64,000 bases of DNA from Mobula hypostoma. Taxonomy: Eukaryota. Shown piece by piece: positions 23,585-35,330 of the stretch. A model generated the notes under the pieces. That model made no database searches, had not been told where the DNA came from, and saw only the letters and a program-made list of their open reading frames with translations. Both the position numbers and the translations under genes were made by a program. The stretch covers positions 17,980,001-18,044,000 of the forward strand of contig NC_086108.1 in assembly GCF_963921235.1 (NCBI RefSeq), written 5' to 3'. Within the stretch, counting starts at the first letter, position 1, and the number at the start of each line of letters is the position of its first letter.

Positions 23585-24689
23585 CTCTACACTTTTCCTA
23601 TTAATGTCTGATCACAGGCTGCAAAAATATATTGTATTAGCCAAAGGAGAAGTGACCATGTACTGTATGTCAACATCAAAGGAGTGGGAATATGTTAAGA
23701 ATGTGTCCTCATCAGAGGCCAAAAATCCAAAAAAAGCATATTTTGAAAATGACTGGAAGTTTACACTGTCCACAAGAAACCTTTGGATATGCATGAGCAG
23801 TCAAGAACTGGCAGGAAGCACACAAAAGAAAGAGTAACCCTAAAAGCAAGTCCCAACTCTTAGATAAGGGATACCAGGACTGTTCTCAGCTTGGTTTCCA
23901 TAAGATTCCAGGGGAAGGGGAGGCAGGGGGACTTGGCAGGTAGAGGGGAGACATTGGATTGAAATAAATCATAAAAGAACTGAAGCTGTGATAAGTCACT
24001 TCAGTTACTACTTGCAATGAAGCTGAAACAATATCTCGAAACAGCATCTACGAGCTAAACGTGGGTATTATTCACTGCTTGCTCCATGGCAGCCTATAAA
24101 CATTCAGTGCCTAATGTCTTCTGTTACACTGCTCGTACTCTGCACCTCTAAGCTAATAACAAACCTCAAGCCTGAGCAACACCGAAATCATCCCAAAATC
24201 CAAGGTGAAATAAGGTCCCTTGTGTTTCAGCCATCCTTTTTCCAGGATGGATTCCAGAGGCATAAACTTTCTGTACCTCCTGTGCTTTAAGTATGAATGA
24301 GGCAGTACAGTACTGTGAAGCAGTATGCACTAGGATTAAAAATGGGCTCTAAATGAAAACCTCATTATTTTAAATTAATCCTTAATTAAAATATATTACT
24401 CTTCAAATTCTGCCCGTCTATCTTAATATGCAAATACCATTCATACAAGGATATTTACACATCATTAATTAAAACAGTGCGTTCTTTAGCTCCAATAAAA
24501 TACAGGGAGAATGGAGACAGACAGGCAAACACTGCTATAATTGATTGGGAAGTAGAGTGGGAGATAGCTGGGGGAGGGGGTGGTGTGGAATCAATGATAG
24601 TATATTTCTGGGCTATTTTTTGGAACTCTTTGCCAAAAAGTCAACTACAGTTCTATGGCAGCACTCCCAAGCTCCTGGGTTCTACAGAA

Positions 24690-25235
24690 ATTCATCATGT
24701 CCCTGGTGACTCTTATTAATTCTTATAAATACACCATAGAAAGCATCCTACCCGGATGCATCATGGCTTGGTTTGGCCATTGCTCTGGCCAAGGCCGCAA
24801 GAAACTTCAACACAGCCCAATCCAGCCTTCCCTCCATTAACACTTCTCGTGGCCTTTGGAAAGTTGGCAACATAATCAAGGATGCCTCCACCCTAGTCAT
24901 TCTTTCTTCTCCCCTTGTCATCGAGCAAAGATACAAAAGTTTGAGAGCATGCACCACGAGACTCAAAGACAAGTTCTATGCCACTGTTATAAGATTTTTG
25001 AAGACTTTTCATGCACTAAAAGATGGAGCTTTGATCTTCCAATCTACCTTGTCATGGCCCTTGCAATTTATTTGTCTATCTGCACTGCCTTTTCTCTGTA
25101 ATTACAACATGTTTTCTTTCCTTTTTACCACCTCAGAGCAGTAACGTATGGCATGATCCATCTGGATAGCATGCAAGACAAACAGTTTTCACTATATCTC
25201 AGCACATGTAACAATAATAAACTAATAATAATAAT
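24690..25235 (+). mobile_element. Degenerate Rex1/Babar 3' fragment
   Basis: YKYTIESIL.GCI.AWFG, NIIKD.S and RYKSLRA.TTRLKD.FY remnants, followed by an (AAT)n tail. Confidence 0.75.
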
Positions 25236-25885
25236 AGTCCTATTGGCCCATCAAATCGGTACCACTATTCAATATGATTTTGGTTGATCTATGTTGGCCT
25301 TAATTTCTCTTCTGTGCCAGTTCCCCATAACTCTTAACTCCTGAGCTTTCTGATATCTAGCCACCTTAAGTATTCTAAAGATCTGGCTAGATGACTCTTG
25401 AGGGCAGAGAATTCTGATGATTCATCACCCACTAGAAAAAAATTTCTACTCCACTTAGCTTTGAAAGACCAGCTGTAATTTTAGAACAAGACACAAAAGG
25501 CTACGGATTACGTGCTCGTAAATGAAATTAGCATGGATGGACACTTGCTGATCAGCATTGATCTGATGGACCGAAGGGTTGTTTCTGTGTGCATTACTCT
25601 TGAGTATGACTCTCTGCACTGGATTTCAACCCATGTCTTCCCCTTGTGCCTGGGTTTAACAGGGTTGGGAAGTTAAACTCTCTCCATGTGAATACCAACA
25701 CTGGAGGCATGAGTAGAGGCAAACTCAAAGGAGTTGTGCAGGGCAAGTTTTTTTTTAACGGAAAGAACAGTAGATGTCAGGAATGTGCTGTCTGGGTGCT
25801 AGTGAAAGCAAAGATGACAAAGGAATTTAAGAAAGTTCAAAGTAAATTTTATTATCAAAATACACATACATGTATGTCATCATAT

Positions 25886-27076
25886 TTCTTACTTCAGTGG
25901 TGGACAAGTTGTTGGAGAAGATCCTGAGAGGGAGGATTTATGAACATTTGGGGAGAATAATCTGATTAGGGATAGTCAGCATGGCTTTGTCAAGGGCAGG
26001 TCGTGCCTTATGAGCCTGAATGAATTCTTTGAGGATGGAGCAAAACACATTGATGAAGGTCGAGCAGTGTGTGTAGTGTATATGGATTTCAGTAAGGAAT
26101 TTGGTAAGGTTCCCCATGCAAGGCTCATTCAGAAAGTAAGGAGGCATGGAATCCAAGGAGACTTTGCTTTGTGGATCCAGAACTGACTTGCTGACAGAAG
26201 TCAAAGGGTGGTTGTAGATGGTTTGTATTGTGCATGGAGGTCAGTGAACAGTGGTGTTCTGCGGAGATCTGCTCTGGGACCCCTCCTCTTTGTGACTTTT
26301 ATAAATGACCTGGATGAGAAATAGAAGAGTGGGTTAGTAAGTTTGATGATGACATAAAAGTTGGGGGTGTTTTGGATAGTCTGGAGGGGTGTCAAAGGTT
26401 ACAGAGGGACATCGATAGGATGCTGAACTGGGCCGAGAAGTGGCAGATGGAGTTGAACCCAGATAAATGTGAAGTGCTTCATTTTGGAAGGTCAATTCAA
26501 GAGCCGTAAGGTAATGCTGCCGCTATATAGGACCTTGGTTAGACCCTTCTTGAAGTACTGTGTTCAGTTCTGGTCTCCTCGCTACAGGAAGGATGTAGGT
26601 ACTATAGAAAGAGTGCAGAGAAGATTTACAAGGATGTTGCCTGGATTGGAAAGCATACCTTATGAAAATAGGTTGAATGAACTTGGCCTTTTCTCCCTGG
26701 TGCGACAGAGGAGGAGACATGACTTGATAGGGGTGTATAAGATGGTGGGAGACATTTTCCCAGGGGCTTTTTCCCAGGGCTGAAATAGCTAACATGATGG
26801 GCATAGTTTTAAGGTGCTTGGAAATTGGTACAGCAAGGATGTCAGGGGTAAAGTTTTCACACAGAGAGTGGTGGGTGCATGGAATGCACTGCTGGCGGCG
26901 ATGGTAGAAGTGGATCTAATAGGGTCTTTTAAGTGACTCTTAGATAGGTACATGGATCTTAGAAAAATAGAGGGCTATGCAGTGGGCAATTCTAGGCAGT
27001 TTCTAGAGTAGGTTATATGGTCGTTACAACAATGTGGGCCGAAGGGCCTTTAATGTGCTGTAGGTGTCTATGTTCT
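25886..27076 (+). mobile_element. 5'-truncated CR1 with an internal deletion near 26495
   Basis: RT motifs SVVDKLLEKIL, QHGFVKGRSC and YRTLVRP.L.YCVQFWSP. TSD ATCATAT (25879-25885 and 27077-27083). Confidence 0.9.
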
Positions 27077-27757
27077 ATCATATACAGCCCAGATTCATTT
27101 TCCTGGAGGCATACTTAACAAATCTATAGAATAGTAACTATAACGGGATCAATGAAAGATCAACCGGAGTGCAGAATACAACAAACTGTGGAAATGCAAA
27201 TATAAATATATAGTAATAAATAATGAGAACATAAGATAACAATGGATGGGAAAGTGAATTGTAATGGAAGGAACATGAATATATAGTGAATGGAGGGATG
27301 TAGACCTTGTGCAGGCAGAACGAATAAGCTTAATTAATTCGGCACATCATGGTCCGAAGGAATTGTTCATGTGCTGTACTGTTCTATGGTCTATGAAACT
27401 GGAAAAGCTTGTTCTGCTAAAGATTTAACAAAGCAATCTCAATCAGCTTCACAGAGCTGAGCTATACTCACTAATGAAGGTTACCTTATTGGAGAAAAGA
27501 CACAAAGCTGAAGTTAGAGATTGGTCATAATGAAGGCATGAAGGTGTTTTGAGAGAGTGGGGTGAAGAAAGGGAGAGATGTTCATGTCCAAGGGTGGGTT
27601 CCATAAAGTGTGGCCCTGGTGAGAACAAGACAGATAGACAACTGACAATCTTCCTCTCAAGAGGACGTCTAATATCCCATGACATTATCTGAAACAGAGC
27701 AAGGGTATTTGCCTAAAACTACAGGGCTTTTCTCTCAGAATCCTAACAAACCTTCAG

Positions 27758-28285
27758 AAACAAGAGAAAATCTGCAGATGCTGGAAATCTTGAACAACAC
27801 ACACCAAATACTGAAGGAACTCAGCAAGCCAAACAGCATCTATGGAAAAGAGTAAACAGTTGAGGTCTTGGGCCAAAGCCTGAAGAAGGGTCCTGGTCCG
27901 AAACATTGACTGTTTACTCTTTTTCACAGATGCTGCCTGGCCTGCTGAGCTACACACATAATGCTGGAGGAATTCAGTAGGCTAGGCAGCATTTATGGAA
28001 AAGAATAAACAGTCAATATTTCGGGCTGCAGCCTAATGAAGGGTCTTGGTCCGAAATGTTGACTGTATACTCTTTTCCATAGATACTATCTGGTCTACTG
28101 AGTTAAAAAAAACACACACGCATTTTGCATGTGTTGCTTGGACTTCCAGCATCTGCAGATTTCCTTGTCTTAGTTGAAATGAACAGTCCCAGTGAAGGGT
28201 CGTGGCCTGAAATGTTGACTGTTTATTTCTCTCCATTGCTGTTACCTGATTTGCTGTTCCTCCAGCACTTTGCATGTATTGCTCA
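27758..28285. mobile_element. Cluster of three Penelope pLTR-derived palindromic mini-elements
   Basis: Degenerate hammerhead cores near 27880-27911, 28033-28064 and 28186-28220, each preceded by inverted pLTR sequence. Confidence 0.75.
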
Positions 28286-29389
28286 CAAACCTTCAGGGGC
28301 TTTACCCCTCACCTCCACGACAATAATTTTCAACTAGCGATTTCAAAATTAAACTCTCCAATCAATAACAAAACAAGCCTTGCAATTGTATCTCACTTTT
28401 TTTCTGACCTCAGGAAGCCCAGAGACTTTACATTTCCATGGGAACATTCCCAAGGATAGTCCTTGTTGGAGTAAAGAGTCTGGTGACAGGGCAAAGAAAT
28501 TCTAGGATGTTCAAGAGGTCAAAATTGACAGACTGTAGGTACGTCAGGTTATTATGCAGAATGGTGGTAGAGATTGGTAAGAGCTGGGAAGTGAAAATTA
28601 TTAGAGTTGAAGCTGATGAGCCTTGAATATAGACTATAGATGACAGATGGGTCGTAATGGACAAGTACTAAAAATTCAGATGATATCCTAGGTCTCACCA
28701 GCTAACCATTAACAGCCCATTTCACAGACCATGATACTTAAAGCACTGGTCACTGTTGCTATTAAGCCATTTGGCATAGTCTTATTACAGACATTCCTTT
28801 TGTTAAAATATAGAACAGTACAGCACAGGAAGAGGCCCTTCGGCCCACCGTGTCTGTGCTGCCCATAATGCCAATCAAAAATAATCCCATTCACACTCCA
28901 GGTACAAGGACAGTCACTTCCCTTTAGCCATTTGGTTCTTGAACTAACCTGCAGAACCTAATCACTATCTCAGTAAAGCAACACTTTTTTACCACTGTGA
29001 CCACTTTGTATTATGATGGACTTTTTCCTTACAATTGTGCTTTTGTATAATTTTGTTTAATTTATATTCAATTTTTATATTTCTTGTGAATGTTGTGTCT
29101 GTAATGTGTGCCTGTGATGGAACATAGAAAAGTACAGAATAGTACAGGCCCTTCGACCCACCCACGGTATTGAATCGACCTTTTGCCATACTCCAAGGTC
29201 AATCTAATCCTTTCCTCCTATATAGGCCATTTTTCTTTCATCCATACAATTGAGAAGTAGATCAGCCTTGACATATTGTACTCGCTGCACAGAAACAAGT
29301 CTCCACTGCTGCCCTCTGACTCCTATCACCACGCCAATTTGTATCAATTTGGCTAGCTCACGACAACCACTCAGTTGTGGATTTTTATT

Positions 29390-29570
29390 CTTTGTGGAGT
29401 CTCCATGTTTTCCTTGTGGCCTCTCGGGCTTCACTGGGTGCTCTGGTTTCCTCCCACATCACAATGAAGTGATGGTTGGTCATTTACTAGGCTTCTGTAA
29501 AATATTCCTGGAGTGTAGGTGAGTTATCGTATCTTCATAGAGTTTATGGGAACATGGGGAAGGTAAAATA
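29390..29570 (+). mobile_element. V-SINE fragment
   Basis: GGGTGCTCTGGTTTCCTCCCACATC V-domain motif. Confidence 0.6.
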
Positions 29571-29577
29571 GGTCATG

Positions 29578-31725
29578 GGGACATGTAAGACTGTAGGTGC
29601 TGGAATCTTGTGCAAAATAAACTGCTGGAGGAACTCTGCAGATGAAGCAGTATCTGTGGAAGCAAAGGGATAGTAGATAAATCAGGTCTGAACTCTACAC
29701 CAGGACTGAGAATGTAGGGGGAAGGTAACCAGTATGAAGAAACAAAAGGGAGGAGCGCAATAGAGGCAGGTAAATGATAGGTGGAACCGTATAAGTGAGG
29801 GATGGTGGGTAGTCAAAGCCAGGAGGGGGAGGGGGAGGGGTAGGGATAGGAAAGGTGAACCAAGGAGGAAGAAAACCAAGAGATAGGTATGTTGGTGATG
29901 GGTAGGGGAAGCCAAGTGGGGGAAAGGGGTGAGTCTGGGTAACGAGGAGGAAGGAATGGAGTGGGAACCCAGCCAGACTGTTGGGAATAGGAAGTTATCT
30001 CTGGGAGAATAATATGGAAGCTAGTGAGTTTGGGAAGAGAACAGTGATGTCCTGACAGAGATTGACATGATGAAAGAAGGGATGCTGGCAGTCTCAAGGC
30101 AGATAAAGGTGGATAACTTCCTGAAACCAGACCAAGTGTGTCCCAGGACTTTATGGGAAGCCACTTTGTTTAAGAAGGACTGCAAGAACAACCTGGCATC
30201 TAGAGACTGTGAGTGTAACATTAGCATTGGGGAAGTTCCTGGATGGATTCTGAGATTCAGGATATATCTGCATTTGGAAAGGCAAGGTGAATTAGGGATC
30301 GTCATCATGGCTTTGTTCATGGGAAATTGTGTCTCATGAATTTGTTTAAGCATTTTGAAAAGGTGGCCAAGACGATTGATGAGGGTAGGCTTTATAAATT
30401 GTCTTCATGGACTTTAGCAAAAACTTTGACAATGACCTGCATAGTGGGCTAATCTAGATCATGTGGGATCCATGTTGAGCTAGCCAAATAGCTACAAATT
30501 TGGCTTGTAGAGATTAAAGAAAGGTAATGGAGGGTTGTTTTCCAGATTAGAAGCCAGTGATCGGTGGCATACCATAGGGAGCACTGTTTAATATCTGTTG
30601 CTTTAACAATTTGGACAAGAATGTAGGAGCTTAGTAAGTTTGCAGCTGACACCACATTTGATGGTACAGTGGACAGTAAAGATAATTGTCTAAGGTTGCA
30701 ACAGGATCTGGGTCAGCTGGGAAAAGTGGGAAAAGGAATGGCAGTTTGAATTTAACTAGGACAAATGTGAAGTGGTAAACTTTAGGAAGTTCAACCAGGA
30801 TAGGACAAACACAGTGAATGTCAGATCCCTGGGAGTGTTGTTGATTGGAGAGATCAAGGGATTCAAATTCACAATTTGCTGAAAGTGGTAACAGAGGTAG
30901 ACAAGGTGGTGAAAATGGAGTATTGCCTACAGGAGTTGGGATGTCATGTTTCGACTGTACAAGTCATTGGTAAGATCACAATGAAGTAAGTACTGTGTGT
31001 CGTTCTGATTGCCCAGCTGCAGGAAGGATGTGACTGAGCTAGAAGTGGTGCAGGAAAGTTCCAAAGAACTTTGCTGAGATTGGAGTACTTCAATCATAAG
31101 AAGAGACATCAGAGACTGGGAGCAAAACAGGCCAAGGGTAACCTTATTGAGGTTTATAAAATCATGAGGGGTGTAGATGAGGGGAAAGATTTAAAGGAAG
31201 CTGAACGACAGGTTTTTCACACAGAGTGGTGGGTATATAGATTGAGCTGTCAGAGGAAGCTGTAGAGGCAGGTACAATTACAACATTAAAAAAAACATGT
31301 GAATAGGAAAAGTTTATATGAATGGGGCCAATCACAGGTAAATGGCAAATGAGTACAGGTAAGCACCTTTATTGGCACAGATGAGTTGGACCAAAGGGCC
31401 TGTTTTTATGCTGTATAATTCTATGATAGGTAGTGTAGGTTACTTGAATTGGAAAATTCAATGTTCAGACTATTTAGGTTACTCAAGTGGAATATGAGGT
31501 GCTGTTTTTCCAGTTTACGTTCAGCCTCACCATGGGAATGGAGAAGACCGTGGGCAAACAGGTTGGTGTAGGAATGGGAAGAGGACTTGTAATGAAAAAC
31601 TACCTGAAGCTGAAGATGGCTGTTGCTCTGTCTGGTCTGTGCTTGGACTCAGAGGAGGCCACATCAGGATTGATGAATGGAGTAGATGAATTTAGAGGAG
31701 ATACACATAAATATTTGCCTCATAT
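29578..31725 (-). mobile_element. Old Penelope-like element (pLTR 29578-30000, GIY-YIG remnant 31440-31725) split by a CR1
   Basis: Minus strand EAERKLEKQHLIFHL...LNIEFSN near 31450-31530; pLTR-like tail at 29578-29710. Confidence 0.65.
30050..31428 (+). mobile_element. Degenerate CR1 RT region
   Basis: IKVDN, HGFVHG, MDFSK.FD, KFAADT and QQDL.QL remnants plus 3'UTR. Confidence 0.8.
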
Positions 31726-31743
31726 TTATTTGCCATAAATATT

Positions 31744-32374
31744 GGTGGGTGGAGAGAGAGCTGCACGCTGTGTGTGCGCAGCCTTCCAGTGAAAATGATA
31801 TCGTATCCGTTAAATAGGGGCTGTGGACAATTCTGATTTGATGGAGACAGAAGTGAAAGCACAGAGGAACATCTGGAGAAATTTCTGAAACGCCAGTTCG
31901 CGGCTGTTGTTACTGCGTGATCGAGAAATTTTCTGGAGTGAAGGCCTCAAAATCCCCGGCTGTGCCTGCTGCTGGTGACCGAGATTGAGGTCAAATTGTT
32001 CAGATAGAGATGGCGCTCGGTACTCGGTGTTGGAGGCTGATCGGAGGCTCGAAGTTTTCGGATGACTCAGAGTCGGACTGTGGTCGGGCATGGCAGGGAG
32101 TGTTCTTCTTCCTTCTCCCATCTGCATGAGATGTGAGACATTTGAGAGACTTCGAACTTTTTACTGTGCTCATGGACTGTTCTTCATCAAGTTATGGTAT
32201 TGCTGCCCTGTTGTAACAATATGCTATAATTATGTGGTTTTGTCAGTTTTTTCAGTCTTGGTCTGTCCTGTGTTTTGTGATATCACACCGGAGGAAATAT
32301 TGTATCATTTCTTAATGCATGCATTACTAAATGACAATAAAAGAGGACTGCGTGTCTTCATAATCTAATCTAAT
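31744..32374 (+). mobile_element. Non-coding retroposon of unassigned family (SINE-like)
   Basis: Ends GACAATAAAAGAGGACTGCGTGTCTTCATAATCTAATCTAAT. A related copy lies on the minus strand at 41925-42320. Confidence 0.65.
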
Positions 32375-34489
32375 TGAAACTAGAGGACATAGTTTTAAGG
32401 TTAAAGGTGAAAGGTTTAAGAAGAACCTAAGGGGCAACAGTTTTTATGGGTGGCAGATATATGGAATGGCTGCCAAAGGAAGTGGTTGAGGCAGGTACAT
32501 TAGATACAATTAGGAAGTATGTGGACAGATACAGAAATAACAAGAGTTTAGAGGGATACGGGCAAAATGCTGGGAAATGGGATTAGCTTGAATCTTGGTC
32601 AGTTTGAGCCAAAGGGTTTTTCTCCACACTATACAGATCTATAACTCTATGGAATGCACACAAAATGCTGAAGGAACTCAGCAGGTCAGACAGCTTCTGT
32701 GGAAATGAATAAACAGTAGACTTTTTGGGATGACACCCTTCTTCAGGACTCATGACTCTATAACTCTTTGCCTCATCCTATCAACTCATCACTTTTCATT
32801 TACCTCTTCCACGTACCTGTCTAACTTCCACTTAAATACTATGTGCTTCAATTACCCTGTGTCCTAACACATTCCACAGACCTACCATTCTCCAAATAAA
32901 TTGGATTTATTAGTGATCTTTAATATTCTTCATTAGAGGAGAAGAATAGCAAATATCCCCATGGCAGTGGAGAGTAGAAACCATGTTAGTTCCCAGTAAA
33001 TCAGGCTGTCATTCAGCGATTCCTCTTCTAGATAGTGATACTCTTTCAGATCCAGGATTATATGTATAATATGTATAGATTATTTAAAGTTACCATGTGC
33101 TTTTTATTATGTGAAGACTAGGACTGCCCACAGGGAGTTCGGTTTCTGTCTAGTAAACATTTGTTCCCAGGAATAGTGGATGATTCAGAGCCTCCCTTTT
33201 CGAATACAAGGGAATCACTGTGGGGAAACGCAGGGTGATGGCTCTGGGGGAGCTGTTAGGTGTAATGTCAGGATGTCCTGGAAGATGGCTAGGCTGGCAG
33301 TGGTGCAGCTTGTAGAGCCACTGTCCCTCAGTGCCAGCGACCTGGAGGAGTACTGAGCTTACACTGCCTGAGGTAGTGGTGAAAGCAAAGTTGGCATTTA
33401 AGAAGTGTCCAGACAAGTGCTTGAATTGCCAAGGTATAGAACGTTACAGGCCAAGTAGTGGAAGAAGGATTAATGCAGGATGGTGCCCACTTGTCAGTAA
33501 GGATGCGTGGGCCAAATGGCTGTATGACTCTTTGATTCTGGTAACAATATTATTTCAGATTAGGTGAACCTTCTGATATTGCTAAATTCCTCCTTCCAGT
33601 GCTATGGAATTTACAAAATCTCAGCCTTCCAAGTCATTGATATTGAAAACCTGGTCAGTTATTGGAAGAGCACAGAAGCCCAGTGTAAATTATGGAACGA
33701 CCACAGTATCTCCCGAAGTCCCCATATTCCCAACCCATCAACACCTCCTACCCTACATGTGGCAAAGTATGCAGGGCTCCTCAGCTGCCTCTAAACCCAT
33801 GGAGCCTGACAGGAACCTAGTCTTCCTCAGCCTGAGGGAGAGAGGGAAATAATGGTGAAACATGTTAAATCTTCCACAGTGCTGCTTTGTAGATTTTGTC
33901 TCATGAATGTTATCAGAGTCAGGTTTAATGTTACTGGCATATGTCATGAAATTTGTAGTGTTGTGGCAATAGTACAATGCACTATATAATAAACAGCTAA
34001 AGATTACGGTAAGGTACATATACACACACACACACACACACACATATAAATATATAAATTAAATTAATGAAATAGTGCAAGAAGAGAGCAAATAAATAGT
34101 GAGGTAGTGTTCATTGGTTCATTGTCCATTCAGAAATCTGATGGCAGAGGGGAAGAAGCTGTTCCTGCAACATTCAGTGTATGTCTTCAGGCTCCTGTAG
34201 CTCCTCTTTGATGGTAGTGCTGCTTGAGAAAACATGCTATGTACACATTGGTTGCTGCTTTTTAAAATTGCAACAGTGACTATACTTCAAAAAGATCTTT
34301 CTCTGCTGCATTTTCTTATGTTTATGAATCGTGGCACAGAGATAAAGAAATTCACAATTTTTTTCATTAGCTTTACGAACTTGGTGTCAGAATTAAGCTG
34401 CTGGCTAAAATACTTCAGCCTTAAAAAATAAAGTCAATCTTTTTTGCAAAATCTTTATGTGCCTTTTGGAATTTAGCTGTTTTGTGTTC

Positions 34490-35330
34490 AAAGGATATTT
34501 CTCCCCATCTTCCTCCCTCTGTGATAAAGGCCCTCATTGTCTATATATCTATTTTCTATTTCTCACTTTCTCACTCTTATTTTTTCTCTGCCTTTCACTT
34601 CCCTTTCCTTTCTGTTTCACTTTCTTGGGTTTCCCACCATCTTTCAGTCTGCTCACTCTCTCACCTCTCAGCATGGATCTCTGCCAGTCTTCCCTTCACC
34701 CCTTCCTTTCTCTCTCTCTTTTCCAATGTCTCGTTGTCTGTATGTCTGGTTTATTATCACCGTGCCCCACTCAGTGTTCTGGCTTTTGTCTCTCTTTCTC
34801 CCCATCTCTTTTGATTTTGTCTATCTATCTTTGACTGACTCATTCTCTCTTTATCTGTGTATTTCTTTCTGCCTCTCTGTATCTTGTCTCTCAATGTCCC
34901 AGTCTCTTTGCCTATTTGTCTCCCTCATCCACCTCTTTTGCTTCACCATTCCCGTCTTTTATTGTTTTTCATTGTCTCTGTGTCTGTTTCTTACTCTGTC
35001 TCTCATTATGTCTAACCTCCTCTCCCTGTCTATTTGTCTGTGTCTCATCTTTTTCTCTTTTTCTTTCTCCCTTTTTATACCATTTTCTCTTTCTCCCCAT
35101 CTCTCTGTGTTTCTGTCCCCCTCTGAATCTGTCTCCCATTGTCAGTCTGTCTCTGTCTTCCTTCTCTCTGTCTTTCTCCACGCTCCCCTTCCTTTGTGTA
35201 TCTGTCTCTCTTCCCTTGGTGTGTGTGTGTGTGTTTCTGTGTATTTGCCCTGCCTTTGTGTAGTTATCTCTCATTTCCTTCTGTCCGGATCCCTCTCCTT
35301 CCTTTCTTTTGTCTGTCTCTGTCTCCATTT
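34490..35330. repeat. Long CT-rich low-complexity (polypyrimidine) tract
   Basis: About 840 bp of degenerate (CT)/(CTGT) repeats, which explains the stop-free ORFs called here. Confidence 0.9.

Noticed and set aside
23600..23840. Possible host exon (minus-strand polypyrimidine-AG acceptor near 23810)
   Set aside because: No recognisable protein in any frame and no convincing donor; cannot be supported without RNA-seq.
33600..33660. Possible small plus-strand exon (TTCCAG ... CTG/GTCAGT)
   Set aside because: Splice-like signals of this quality are common by chance and the peptide is not recognisable.
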